Translations under genes and position numbers: made by a program
IMG/VR virus record: IMGVR_UViG_3300020045_008999
Span: 480,001-544,000 of that record
Direction: 5' to 3' (one strand)
DNA: 64,000 nt
Source of the DNA: a virus
Lineage: Duplodnaviria > Heunggongvirae > Uroviricota > Caudoviricetes
Notes under the pieces: generated by a model
Databases searched by the model: none
What the model saw: only the letters and a program-made list of their open reading frames with translations
Told to the model about the DNA's origin: nothing
Shown: piece by piece, positions 38,592-48,149 of the stretch
Layout: every line of letters begins with the position of its first letter
Position numbering within the stretch: position 1 is the stretch's first letter

Positions 38592-40313
38592 TTAGTCAAG
38601 TATATCAGCAATGATTAATAAATCATTGTTATTATAATATCTTATTTTAGTTGTACCATCCGGTTTCCCATATACAGTTTTATGATAGTTGGAAAATAAT
38701 ATAGTAGCAGCCGTTATGTCACCGATGACAATACCACCCTCAAATGTGATCAAGGAAATTGTTTTTGATAATATATCTATACCAGTACCAATGGACAAAA
38801 CCCCGTCATTTAACATATTAAATTGAATAAGACTGGTAGTTAATGAATTATTTAGAATTTTACTATTGTGATTCAAAATATTCATGTAAATTTTACTAGT
38901 ATTAACAACCGTATTATTTTCTATAAATGATAAAGTGTTACATGTGTTACCCTCTATTAAAGCATCACTCATTACATTATTTAAAATAGTAGCGTTGTTC
39001 AAATTATTTTTTAAAATATTACTAAAATTAATTATATTATTGTCGGCAATGTAGCTATTGACTAATTTATTTTTTTCAATCACACTTTGTGTAGATACAC
39101 TATTCCCACTAATAACTGAATTACTTTCCAAAATGTTATTTACGATATTACCAGAATCTGATACATTTAACAGTATTTGACTGGTATGTAAAATATTGTT
39201 ATATATACCCCCTGCCGAAAATGAATTATGTGATATTTCACCACCATCATACAACTGATTGTTTGTTATGTTCGAATCCAGTAATAGGTTATGACCAATA
39301 TAGCTATTTGTCAGATTGTTATAATCAATAATACTACTACCACCCATTATTATATTGTTGAAAATAGCACTATTATTACTAAGAACATTATTAGATATTC
39401 GATTGCCCATAAAATTAATACATTCTAAATATGAATTGGATACATTATTATTGAATAAATTCGAATTTCCAAACATAAACGAAGCTATACTACTAGCCAA
39501 CCCTTCATCTTGATTGTAATCCTGAAAATTATCATAAGTATTTATCACATTATTATTGAGCAATGGATCAAATCTTCTGTATATAAAATCGTTTTCATTA
39601 TCATATTCAATAATATGGATTGATTTATTATAATCATCTAAACTATATGTATCCTTAAGCCAATCGACACTTAAATTCAAAACATCAACATTTGATCCCA
39701 AATTTCCGGATATATTAGTCCATGAGTATCCACCCCATATTATTTTTTCATCAGTATATGAAGTTTTTCTACTAATTTGAGCAATTAATAATGTTGCCCC
39801 CGAAGTGTTTCCCGTTATACTTGATACACTGCTCCAATCCCCAATCAAATTACTAAGTATGACTATGTGATTTCGATCACCTAATATAAACGGAATTCCA
39901 ATCATCGTAGCCGTGGCCCCATTATTTGAAGTTATATTTTCATTATTTGTAAAATTACCTACCGGTTGGGCGGAAATACTACTTACTAAAGTACTTTTAT
40001 CATCCCATATTGAGGTTGATCCATATAAAGGATCCCAAAATTCCCCGTATCCAATTGCGGATAATGTATCGTCACTTAATGCTTCTAAGAATATGGTAGT
40101 CCCGGATTCAGTACCATCATTATACAATGATTTATGTACTCCTGTTATTTTATATATTGTTCCGCGCACAAGACTCTTTGTTAAAATCAACGAACTTATT
40201 TGTTCTCTGGTTCTCTCAACAATTGTAGAGGTTTCGTCATTTATCAATAATAAATTTTCCGGCACTATTGAACTTATCAGACCCTTTCCTACATTTACTA
40301 TTTCGTATATCAT
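38592..40313 (-). CDS. tail fibre-like protein with long Asn/Ile-rich beta-helix
   Basis: Periodic IxxNxLxxS repeats; shares SLVRGTIYKI and IYRRFD modules with 36586..38574. Confidence 0.65.
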   Translation of the reverse strand: MIYEIVNVGKGLISSIVPENLLLINDETSTIVERTREQISSLILTKSLVRGTIYKITGVHKSLYNDGTESGTTIFLEALSDDTLSAIGYGEFWDPLYGSTSIWDDKSTLVSSISAQPVGNFTNNENITSNNGATATMIGIPFILGDRNHIVILSNLIGDWSSVSSITGNTSGATLLIAQISRKTSYTDEKIIWGGYSWTNISGNLGSNVDVLNLSVDWLKDTYSLDDYNKSIHIIEYDNENDFIYRRFDPLLNNNVINTYDNFQDYNQDEGLASSIASFMFGNSNLFNNNVSNSYLECINFMGNRISNNVLSNNSAIFNNIIMGGSSIIDYNNLTNSYIGHNLLLDSNITNNQLYDGGEISHNSFSAGGIYNNILHTSQILLNVSDSGNIVNNILESNSVISGNSVSTQSVIEKNKLVNSYIADNNIINFSNILKNNLNNATILNNVMSDALIEGNTCNTLSFIENNTVVNTSKIYMNILNHNSKILNNSLTTSLIQFNMLNDGVLSIGTGIDILSKTISLITFEGGIVIGDITAATILFSNYHKTVYGKPDGTTKIRYYNNNDLLIIADILD

Positions 40314-40337
40314 ATCTTAATTGATTTTATTTTATTG

Positions 40338-41312
40338 TTATAGAACTGAACAAGTATATTCAGTAACTGCACCGTTTACGATATAAAGATTTCCGGTGTT
40401 TTTCCAATATCTACCGTTTGGTAGTAATTCAATACCCTCTGAATCTATGTAAATTAAATCACCGACCTGAAAATTGGTTGGGTCAGCACTAGTATATACG
40501 GTTTGAGTTGGGAAGAATTGTGGGGTGGGATCGCATAAAGATATTGCATTATTCACACCTATTGAAAACGATTCATATACAGTCAATGGTGAATTAGATA
40601 CAACAATATTCCACTTACTATCTGTATCCGCAATGGTTCTTTCTTCTTCTGGTAATGCTAATATGTAATTACAAATACTTTGTTCATAACTAATCACTTC
40701 GTTAAAACTCAAATCTGCTTTATTTATATACAATGTCCGCACATAATTATCTTGTTCACCACCACCGGCCCCACTTGAAATTGAAGAAATTCCATATGTA
40801 TTACCAATTACTGGGGCAGTATTTGAACCAGTACTGGTTAATCTAACGCTTATTGTAAAGGTTGGTCCATTGTCGGTAACATCTTGAATGGTGAAAAATG
40901 CAAAATTTGTAGAATTACCAACCTCTTCAATTTTTAATATAGAGGTATCTGGCGTAGTAACTGATGAATCCAGAACACTTAGCCAGTTGTAGCTATTGAC
41001 TGAATTTACGGATATAGAGTTTAGCGTCAGAGTATAAATATCACCCACATTACCCCACACCACATTACTGTAAGTAAATTGTCCATTATTAGCATTCGAA
41101 CTAAAATCCCATCGAGTAGTATTACCCCCGTCGATACCACTAATACCAGTGGCACCTGTTTCCCCAGAATCTATGTTAGAAACAATACCAAAACTATCTT
41201 TCTTTTTTAAATTTCCATCCAGACCTATTCCGATCAATACAGTACCAGTTTCCGGGATTGGTGCAATACTATTATTGTATATATCTTCCTTTTCTAACTT
41301 AATGTTACTCAT
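40338..41312 (-). CDS. virion fibre-like protein
   Basis: Short Gly-X-Y stretch GETGATGISGIDG; N-terminus resembles that of 33986..36016; late-type motif at 41332-41342. Confidence 0.55.
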   Translation of the reverse strand: MSNIKLEKEDIYNNSIAPIPETGTVLIGIGLDGNLKKKDSFGIVSNIDSGETGATGISGIDGGNTTRWDFSSNANNGQFTYSNVVWGNVGDIYTLTLNSISVNSVNSYNWLSVLDSSVTTPDTSILKIEEVGNSTNFAFFTIQDVTDNGPTFTISVRLTSTGSNTAPVIGNTYGISSISSGAGGGEQDNYVRTLYINKADLSFNEVISYEQSICNYILALPEEERTIADTDSKWNIVVSNSPLTVYESFSIGVNNAISLCDPTPQFFPTQTVYTSADPTNFQVGDLIYIDSEGIELLPNGRYWKNTGNLYIVNGAVTEYTCSVL

Positions 41313-41364
41313 GGTAATAATTCCTTTTTAGTATATATTAAGTTCAAAAACTTATATATAATAC

Positions 41365-41811
41365 ATGGTGAAATTATTTAAATTATCATTTGTTGAAAGT
41401 ACAGAAAAAGTACATGACTTACACAACGGACTATCGGAATATGATAAAACCACAATTGCAAAACTTAGTGTAATAGCTACATATGAATATTACACAGACG
41501 GTGTATATTTAATATTTTTACTAATGAAAGAAAATGAAATAGAAACATATGAAAATATTTTGGAAGTCAATAATATTTCCTATATTTGCAAAGACATTTC
41601 AATGGATGTCATATATAATACTTTTGATATTGAGTCTTTTTTGAAAAATACATATGAATCCGTAAATTTTCGAGATTATTATATATTTATAGAAGACGTG
41701 AAACGATGGATTATATCGGAACTGAATGTTAATTTAATTCTAGATCGTATTAATCTTTATGGCATGAGTAATTTAAGAGAACTTGATTATACAATTTTAA
41801 ATAATTATTAA
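41365..41811 (+). CDS. hypothetical protein
   Basis: 148-aa ORF; C-terminal LNVNLILDRINLYGMSNL. Confidence 0.55.
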   Translation: MVKLFKLSFVESTEKVHDLHNGLSEYDKTTIAKLSVIATYEYYTDGVYLIFLLMKENEIETYENILEVNNISYICKDISMDVIYNTFDIESFLKNTYESVNFRDYYIFIEDVKRWIISELNVNLILDRINLYGMSNLRELDYTILNNY

Positions 41812-42221
41812 TGGAATATATTAGTTTATTCATCTATTTATTAGCAGTCGATATATCTATATTAGTCACGTACATTTTTTGGAATCGCGACCAAAGTCAA
41901 ATTACCACACATCAATTTGACTTATCTAAAGAAATGGAAAAGCTTAATTATGATAATGAGGTAATGAAAAAATTACAATTGTTGTACGTTGAAGTGGAAA
42001 AATATTACTGTAACAATTTTGCCCCAGTGGTGAAGTTTGCCGATTTTAAAAATGGCATTACCGAATTATCACTTAGTAATTATGAAGGTAGTGATTTCAT
42101 TGCTTCGTGTGTATTACAAATCGAATATATCGAAGATTTGTTTCAGGACGAAATACCTAGACTTAAATCTGAAAAATTATGTAAACATCGCAAAATGATC
42201 ATTAATCAAATTTTAAATTAA
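41811..42221 (+). CDS. DIPxFK-RxxxIxxIL family, N-terminal TM helix
   Basis: EVEKYY...FQDEIPRLK...HRKMIINQILN. Confidence 0.6.
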   Translation: MEYISLFIYLLAVDISILVTYIFWNRDQSQITTHQFDLSKEMEKLNYDNEVMKKLQLLYVEVEKYYCNNFAPVVKFADFKNGITELSLSNYEGSDFIASCVLQIEYIEDLFQDEIPRLKSEKLCKHRKMIINQILN

Positions 42222-42460
42222 TGACTGACGAACAGAGATATTCTGATTTAATTCTAGAAATTCATGAATATTACCAAAGTGTTAAACATCCAATATTCAC
42301 GTTGAGTAGTTATGTAAGGTTAAGAGCTATAATGTATAAGTCGATACCACCTAGTAATTATTTCCATAAGATAGAAATTCTTGAACATATGTTATATTCT
42401 GATTTACCTAGATTAAAACAACAACGACGAAAAGAAACAATAGATAACATTTTTAAATAA
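42221..42460 (+). CDS. DIPxFK-RxxxIxxIL family small protein
   Basis: EIHEYY...YSDLPRLKQQRRKETIDNIFK. Confidence 0.6.
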   Translation: MTDEQRYSDLILEIHEYYQSVKHPIFTLSSYVRLRAIMYKSIPPSNYFHKIEILEHMLYSDLPRLKQQRRKETIDNIFK

Positions 42461-42466
42461 GTAAAT

Positions 42467-42985
42467 ATGGAAATAAGTAGAGAGCGAAAATACGAAGGGT
42501 ATTTTTCAGTTGATGCACTAAAAGTGGAAACCAATAGTGGTAAAGTAGTGACCCGAGAGGTTATGAATCGTAAAGATGGTACATGTGCGATTGTATATGA
42601 CACAAGCACTAAACATTTTATCTTCGTAGAACAATACCGACCAGGGACCGGTCAGAAGTTGGTTGAAGTACCAGCCGGGACACTTGACATACCAGGGGAG
42701 GATCCATGTGATGGAATTATTCGAGAAATCGATGAAGAAATTGGCTATAGTGTCGATGAAATTGAATACATAACCGAGTGTTACATGAGCCCTGGTGGTT
42801 CTACTGAGAAGATTTTCATTTACCATGCCCAAGTATCAACTCAATTACACGAGGGTGGTGGGACTGAAAATGAAGATATTAACATTGTACGCATTCATAG
42901 AGACAATTTAGTACGCTATAACTTTGATGATGCTAAAACAATTATCGCGGTTAGATTTGTAATAGATAAATACAATTTGAAGTAA
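42467..42985 (+). CDS. Nudix hydrolase, ADP-ribose pyrophosphatase (NudF)-like
   Basis: VEQYRPG, Nudix box PAGTLDIPGEDPCDGIIREIDEEIGY, SPGGSTE, DAKT. Confidence 0.88.
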   Translation: MEISRERKYEGYFSVDALKVETNSGKVVTREVMNRKDGTCAIVYDTSTKHFIFVEQYRPGTGQKLVEVPAGTLDIPGEDPCDGIIREIDEEIGYSVDEIEYITECYMSPGGSTEKIFIYHAQVSTQLHEGGGTENEDINIVRIHRDNLVRYNFDDAKTIIAVRFVIDKYNLK

Positions 42986-42991
42986 TTCTAT

Positions 42992-43034
42992 AAAAAAAAA
43001 CAATACGGATTAATATAATCTGTATTGTTTTTTT
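42992..43034 (+). terminator. intrinsic terminator
   Basis: AAAAACAATACGGATTA/TAATCTGTATTGTTTTT hairpin. Confidence 0.6.
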
Positions 43035-43059
43035 ATATATAAGTAAAAATATATTTAAA

Positions 43060-44256
43060 TTGAAATTATTTGAAAAACTTGGAATCCCTGAAAACATATA
43101 CGAGGTTACCGAACATTTATTTAAAGAAATACTTATTGGAATACCTAGCATAAAAAAAGTAAATTCAACCAACCAACTAGAAATAGTGATTGATGATAAA
43201 ATAGCAGATTTGCATTTGAAAAAATGTAATATTTCTATAAAAATTAAAGCAGTTGAACTTTCTGACATAAGTGATACTACCGAACAAAAATTCAAAAATG
43301 GTGATTTAGTGCTTTATGGAATGGCAGTTAGTCATCACGCAGAAAAGGAAATTAAAAGCAATAAATACATAGTAACACCTAGTGATGTATTAGAACTATT
43401 TATAAATATTATTTCAATTGGTGGATTACCATCTAATTTAGATTTAGAATTATTTTTTTTAAATAATTCCACGGATATAATTAAATCATTGGGACATGAA
43501 ATCAAACACAAGTTTGATAATCATAAAAATCGAACAACTAAAATCATCCCACATTTACAATATAATGCATACCAAAGCATTCATATACCCATCAAAGCAG
43601 TTAGCAACTTTTTACACAATTTATATTATACCACCACTATTGAAAATTTAGTACGCACTAGTGAAGTATATTCTAAAATGAGATCTGTGAATGTTAATAA
43701 GGATAATTTTAAAGAATTTTTGTCAGCAGAATCTACCTACCAACGACTCACCCAAATTAATAATTTCACAGTAGATAAATTAAAATCCGATATTAAATTA
43801 GAAATGCAGGTAGTTAATGAGATAATTAACGAAAATTGCCCAGATGATGTTTTTATTGATGATGATGCTAAAGTCGATCGCATATTAGAATTTATATACA
43901 TAGGGTTATGTAATACTCAAATACGAGAATATCGAGATTTCTTAACTTCCAGCTACTTAGAAACAATATTTGGAATTGTAGATGGTAAAAAGAAGCAAAT
44001 GTTTGATCAAATGTCTAAGGAAATTAATAAATATGAAAATAATATTAGTAAATTTTACACTGATATAGAAAAAATGTTTATCTTTGTATCCAATAAGTAT
44101 ATGAAGAAAATTTCTAAACTTTACGACATGATAAAAAGCGATCAAAAATCAATCAACAACTGGGAATTGCACCAACGCATAAATTTGGGAAAACCCACTC
44201 GTAAAATGGAATCCAAAATCATTGATTATGAAACTTTTTTACGAAAGAAAAAATAG
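43060..44256 (+). CDS. putative zincin (HExxH) metalloprotein with capsid-targeting-like N-terminus
   Basis: TTG start giving MKLFEKLG; SLGHEIKHKFD with a downstream Glu (TTIENLVR); late-type motif at 43031-43041. Confidence 0.55.
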   Translation: MKLFEKLGIPENIYEVTEHLFKEILIGIPSIKKVNSTNQLEIVIDDKIADLHLKKCNISIKIKAVELSDISDTTEQKFKNGDLVLYGMAVSHHAEKEIKSNKYIVTPSDVLELFINIISIGGLPSNLDLELFFLNNSTDIIKSLGHEIKHKFDNHKNRTTKIIPHLQYNAYQSIHIPIKAVSNFLHNLYYTTTIENLVRTSEVYSKMRSVNVNKDNFKEFLSAESTYQRLTQINNFTVDKLKSDIKLEMQVVNEIINENCPDDVFIDDDAKVDRILEFIYIGLCNTQIREYRDFLTSSYLETIFGIVDGKKKQMFDQMSKEINKYENNISKFYTDIEKMFIFVSNKYMKKISKLYDMIKSDQKSINNWELHQRINLGKPTRKMESKIIDYETFLRKKK

Positions 44257-44273
44257 TACAATAAACATAAATT

Positions 44274-44305
44274 AGAAAGGTAAGAATTTGAATTCTTACC
44301 TTTTC
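44274..44305 (+). terminator. intrinsic terminator
   Basis: AAAGGTAAGAATT/AATTCTTACCTTT hairpin. Confidence 0.65.
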
Positions 44306-44318
44306 GCAATATAATTAA

Positions 44319-44561
44319 TTGATGAAAACTAACATACTCTATTTAATATTGGGAATATTTATTACTACTTCCCTTGCCTTCACTGCTAATTCAACCGGTC
44401 TTATTACCTTAAAACCAGCGATGCCTATTCAAACCATTTCACATTTTTCACATGATGGTGAGAACATCAATCGGTTCATTAAGACTAATAGTAAAAAATA
44501 CACTGTACATAAAATGGAATCCTCCGAAAATGGTTATATTGTAGTCATGGTTAGATATTAA
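44319..44561 (+). CDS. small exported/membrane protein
   Basis: Signal-peptide-like MKTNILYLILGIFITTSLA. Confidence 0.55.
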   Translation: MMKTNILYLILGIFITTSLAFTANSTGLITLKPAMPIQTISHFSHDGENINRFIKTNSKKYTVHKMESSENGYIVVMVRY

Positions 44562-44569
44562 TATTTTAC

Positions 44570-44596
44570 AAACTATTTAATAAATTTTCCATATAA
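44570..44596 (+). promoter_or_regulatory. putative ECF-type promoter AAACTA-N15-ATATAA
   Basis: Recurrent motif, 5 nt upstream of the thyA ATG. Confidence 0.55.
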
Positions 44597-44601
44597 GTAA
44601 T

Positions 44602-45450
44602 ATGGAAAATAAAAATATAAGCAAAGCAGATTTTTACGTAAAAGAAAATCTTAAAAAAATTTTGGAAAATGGTAATCATGATGAAAATCCACGACCAAAA
44701 TACAAAGATGGAACTCCAGCTCATAGTATATTCGTGAATCAAATATTCGAGGAATACGATATTATGAATGGTGAATTTCCAATACCAACCCTTCGTAATA
44801 CGGCAATCAAGACCGGAATTAAAGAAATATTATGGATATACCAAGATCAGACATCTTCTCTTATAGAAGCACGTAAGAGAGGCATAAAATGGTGGGATGA
44901 ATGGTGTATAGGAAGCGATAATATCGGGATGAGATATGGTGCCACTGTTAACAAATGGGACTTGGTCAATAAATTATTGAAAGGTTTAGAAGAAAACCCG
45001 TTTGGTAGACGTCATATCATGAATTTATATCAAGAATCGGATTTACAAGAAACCGATGGATTATACCCATGTGCATATGAAACATTATGGAGTGTCTATA
45101 AAAAAAATGGGGAAACTATTTTAGATATGACATTAATTCAACGCTCAAACGATATGATCATGGCTGGTGCCATAAATAAAATACAATATGTCGCGTTAAT
45201 GATGATGATTGCATCACATTTGGGATATAAAGTTGGTAAATTTTGTCACCTTGTTCAAAACTTACACATCTATGATAGGCATGTAGCAGCAGCTCATGAA
45301 ATATTGGCAAAGGAGCCAATCTTAGACATAAACCCTAGAATTGAATTGAATGTAAAAAAGAATTTTTATGACATTCGTATCGAGGACTTCGAAATTTTTG
45401 ATATAAATGAAATCACTAAAATAACCAGCGAATTAGAAATTGCAATTTAA
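44602..45450 (+). CDS. thyA: thymidylate synthase
   Basis: EILW, IGMRYG, NPFGRRH, catalytic LYPCA, QRSND, NLHIYDRH. Confidence 0.95.
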   Translation: MENKNISKADFYVKENLKKILENGNHDENPRPKYKDGTPAHSIFVNQIFEEYDIMNGEFPIPTLRNTAIKTGIKEILWIYQDQTSSLIEARKRGIKWWDEWCIGSDNIGMRYGATVNKWDLVNKLLKGLEENPFGRRHIMNLYQESDLQETDGLYPCAYETLWSVYKKNGETILDMTLIQRSNDMIMAGAINKIQYVALMMMIASHLGYKVGKFCHLVQNLHIYDRHVAAAHEILAKEPILDINPRIELNVKKNFYDIRIEDFEIFDINEITKITSELEIAI

Positions 45451-45458
45451 ATTTTAAA

Positions 45459-45965
45459 ATGGACTTATCCAACATAAAACAACCATTCACTATTACATTA
45501 GTGGGCCCGCCTCTTGTTGGTAAGACAACATTTATAAAAACATTACATGGTGCCGAATTTGAAGTCATTTCATCAGATAGTATATTAATCGAGCTACATG
45601 GAAGTGATGATTATGGGATGGCTTTTACATCAGTGGATAAAACAACGCATGATTTAGAACTAAGTCGGAGAATTATTGAGAGTATAAAACTCAAAAAAAA
45701 CATAATTTTCGACTTAACTAATCTAAGAATTATACGACGACGAAGAAATTTAGGCCAATGTAGTAGAAAAATATATACCAATATTGCAATTATTTTTCCT
45801 AATATATCAGAAGAAACTTGCATTAAGCGTAATGAGAGTCGACGATTGACAGAATCAAAATATATAAATCCAAATTTGATTAGCCAAATGATCGCAGAAT
45901 ATCAACCAGTTGACTACTCTGAGGGCTTTTCCGAAATAATTTATTTAAAAAACACTACTAAATAG
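45459..45965 (+). CDS. P-loop kinase (polynucleotide-kinase-like)
   Basis: LVGPPLVGKTTF, ISSD, IIFDLTNL...RRR, CIKRNESR. Confidence 0.75.
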   Translation: MDLSNIKQPFTITLVGPPLVGKTTFIKTLHGAEFEVISSDSILIELHGSDDYGMAFTSVDKTTHDLELSRRIIESIKLKKNIIFDLTNLRIIRRRRNLGQCSRKIYTNIAIIFPNISEETCIKRNESRRLTESKYINPNLISQMIAEYQPVDYSEGFSEIIYLKNTTK

Positions 45966-45978
45966 TAGTGTTTTTTTT
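45947..45978 (+). terminator. intrinsic terminator
   Basis: AAAACACTACTA/TAGTAGTGTTTT; near-identical copy at 49315-49343. Confidence 0.7.
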
Positions 45979-46028
45979 GTATATTTGGGTTTTTATCGAT
46001 ATATTTGTAATACTAAAAAAATGAAATC

Positions 46029-46649
46029 ATGGGGAAGTTTGAAAAAATGAAAATATCGCTTAAATATTGGCTACTTGGGATGAGTAATTTTGATAAAAAT
46101 TATTTAAAATGTGTTGATGCTCTCGAATTTGCAGCATTACACCATACTGGTCTTCGCAAAGATGGCAAAACTCATGAATTTGAGCATCAAATTACCATAG
46201 CAATGTACATTAGATCAATTTCTCAAAATTTGATCAATCCATGGGTTGCAATTTGTGTTGCATTATTACATGATACTGCAGAAGATTATGATGTTACATA
46301 CGAAGAAATTGAATTTAAATTTGGTAGGGAAGTACGCGTATCAGTGGAAGCAATGACTAAAGAATACCGAGGGATTAAAAAAACGAACGATGTGTATTTC
46401 ACTGATATTTCACAAGACCCACATGCATCTGTAAATAAAGGGGCCGATAGAATTCATAATTTACAATCAATGGCCGGGGCTTTTACGAAAGACAAACAAA
46501 GAGAATACATCAAAGAAGCGGAAGATCATATTTTACCGGCAATTAAAAAAGCAAAACGATTATTCCCGGCTCAGGAAATGGCATATGAAAATATTAAATT
46601 GGTAATGGAATCTCAGATTCAACTAATTAAATTATCTCTAAATGAGTAA
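46029..46649 (+). CDS. stand-alone SpoT/Mesh1-type HD hydrolase (small alarmone hydrolase-like)
   Basis: AALHHTGLRKDG..EFEH, ALLHDTAED, FGREV..VEAMTK, KGADRIHNL. Confidence 0.8.
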   Translation: MGKFEKMKISLKYWLLGMSNFDKNYLKCVDALEFAALHHTGLRKDGKTHEFEHQITIAMYIRSISQNLINPWVAICVALLHDTAEDYDVTYEEIEFKFGREVRVSVEAMTKEYRGIKKTNDVYFTDISQDPHASVNKGADRIHNLQSMAGAFTKDKQREYIKEAEDHILPAIKKAKRLFPAQEMAYENIKLVMESQIQLIKLSLNE

Positions 46650-47352
46650 GACAATCATAACTAATATAACATTCGAGAGCCGAACTAAAAAAACGGTTCT
46701 CGAAATATTAAAGAAAACTAAATCCACAAATCAAGTAATTGACCTAAATAATATAATTCCAATGCCATCGGCACTAAAGGGATTTCCAATTGATACTATT
46801 TCTTATTTTCAATTAGCGTTACACAAATATGAATTGGGTGATACCAAAGATTTAATAGACTTACATTCCGAAAAAAACGACAAAATTTCAATCGATCAGT
46901 ATATTAACTACTATAATAATAAAGTAGTCGATAAATCCATTGGAAAAAGAATGTATGAAAATATATTAAATCATGGTGTGGCATCCTGGAGAGAATTTAA
47001 TAAAAAAGAGTGGGGACTTGGGAATAACTGTGTATATGGTAGTACCATGTTTAATAATACCACTGTGTCTATAAACACACTAGACCAATACCCAAAACCA
47101 ATCGTCGTGAAATTGTCTAAAATGTTCCCAGAGGACATATTATTCGTAAAATACGCAAGCGATTGTCCAGGTAAATATTCAAAATGCTTTCGAATTAAAA
47201 ATGGTATAATATTTGAAATGGTTCGTGTTAGTGATAAACGTATCACTTATTGTGAACTGTTTAAAAAAAACCCACATATTTTTAAAGATATACACCGCAA
47301 AGACACTATTAATTCTATTTTAGTATCTGCTGATATTATATCAATTCAGTAA
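46642..47352 (+). CDS. hypothetical protein (DUF1281/YubB-like) with RxxxIxxIL near the C-terminus
   Basis: DLNNIIPMP, WREFNKKEWG, PKPIVVKLSKMFP; RKDTINSIL. Confidence 0.55.
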   Translation: MSKTIITNITFESRTKKTVLEILKKTKSTNQVIDLNNIIPMPSALKGFPIDTISYFQLALHKYELGDTKDLIDLHSEKNDKISIDQYINYYNNKVVDKSIGKRMYENILNHGVASWREFNKKEWGLGNNCVYGSTMFNNTTVSINTLDQYPKPIVVKLSKMFPEDILFVKYASDCPGKYSKCFRIKNGIIFEMVRVSDKRITYCELFKKNPHIFKDIHRKDTINSILVSADIISIQ

Positions 47353-47390
47353 ACTTTTAGTTGAAAATGCAATACAAATAGTAAATTTAA

Positions 47391-47630
47391 ATGTTTATGT
47401 TTGATCTTATTTTAAAAGAGTTGTTCAATTTGGATAACCTATCTATAATTTATTCCAATACCAAATCTACTGCAACTGTTTGGCATAATGACGAAAAACT
47501 ATACACTATATCAATAATAGATGATTTAGTAAAGTTTGAAGATAATCTATCTATACACTATTGTAACACATTAACAGACGTTCTTGATAAAATACATTTA
47601 ATATATAACGTAAAAATTTCAAAATTATGA
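47391..47630 (+). CDS. hypothetical protein
   Basis: Preceded by AAACTT-N15-ATACAA (47351-47377). Confidence 0.5.
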   Translation: MFMFDLILKELFNLDNLSIIYSNTKSTATVWHNDEKLYTISIIDDLVKFEDNLSIHYCNTLTDVLDKIHLIYNVKISKL

Positions 47631-48094
47631 ATATTATTAAACGGTTAATCAAATATATCTGTGAATTATTACAAATTAGTGATGGGATTGTGACAAAAAA
47701 TAATGCGTATGAAAATATTGAAAGATACACAATAACCCATTATGATTCAACTATTGTTGAAATTATAAACGAACACCGAAAATCGATACAACTTATAGAA
47801 TTACAACTTGATGGACATTTAAGCGATGTATCTTTTACACACACCAAATATATGTGTGAAAAAATGAAAGCGAGTCATGATGGTGCCGTAAATAGGCAAA
47901 ATGAATATAGCGGTAAAATGGTTTTAGAAATTGTTGGCTTTGGGTTTTCAACACCGAATGGTGTTTTTAATGCTTGGATGGCATCTGAATTACACAAACG
48001 AGCAATTAATGACATTGGATCTAGATATATAGGGATTTCATCAACCGTTGATACCGCAGGTAAAATATACGTGACTGTATTATTCTTAAACTAA
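47627..48094 (+). CDS. CAP (SCP/PR-1) domain protein
   Basis: INEHRKSI, HTKYM..SHDG, EIVG, AWMASELHKRAI, IGIS. Confidence 0.8.
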   Translation: MNIIKRLIKYICELLQISDGIVTKNNAYENIERYTITHYDSTIVEIINEHRKSIQLIELQLDGHLSDVSFTHTKYMCEKMKASHDGAVNRQNEYSGKMVLEIVGFGFSTPNGVFNAWMASELHKRAINDIGSRYIGISSTVDTAGKIYVTVLFLN

Positions 48095-48149
48095 TATTAG
48101 GAATATTGGATTTTATGATATATATTTGTGTAATATAAATATAAATATT

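Noticed and set aside
41125-41170. Collagen-like domain in 40338..41312
   Set aside because: Only about four Gly-X-Y triplets, too short to call a collagen fibre.
23138-45450. Introns or inteins in uvsX or thyA
   Set aside because: Both ORFs are continuous and of ordinary length, with no intein-like insertion.
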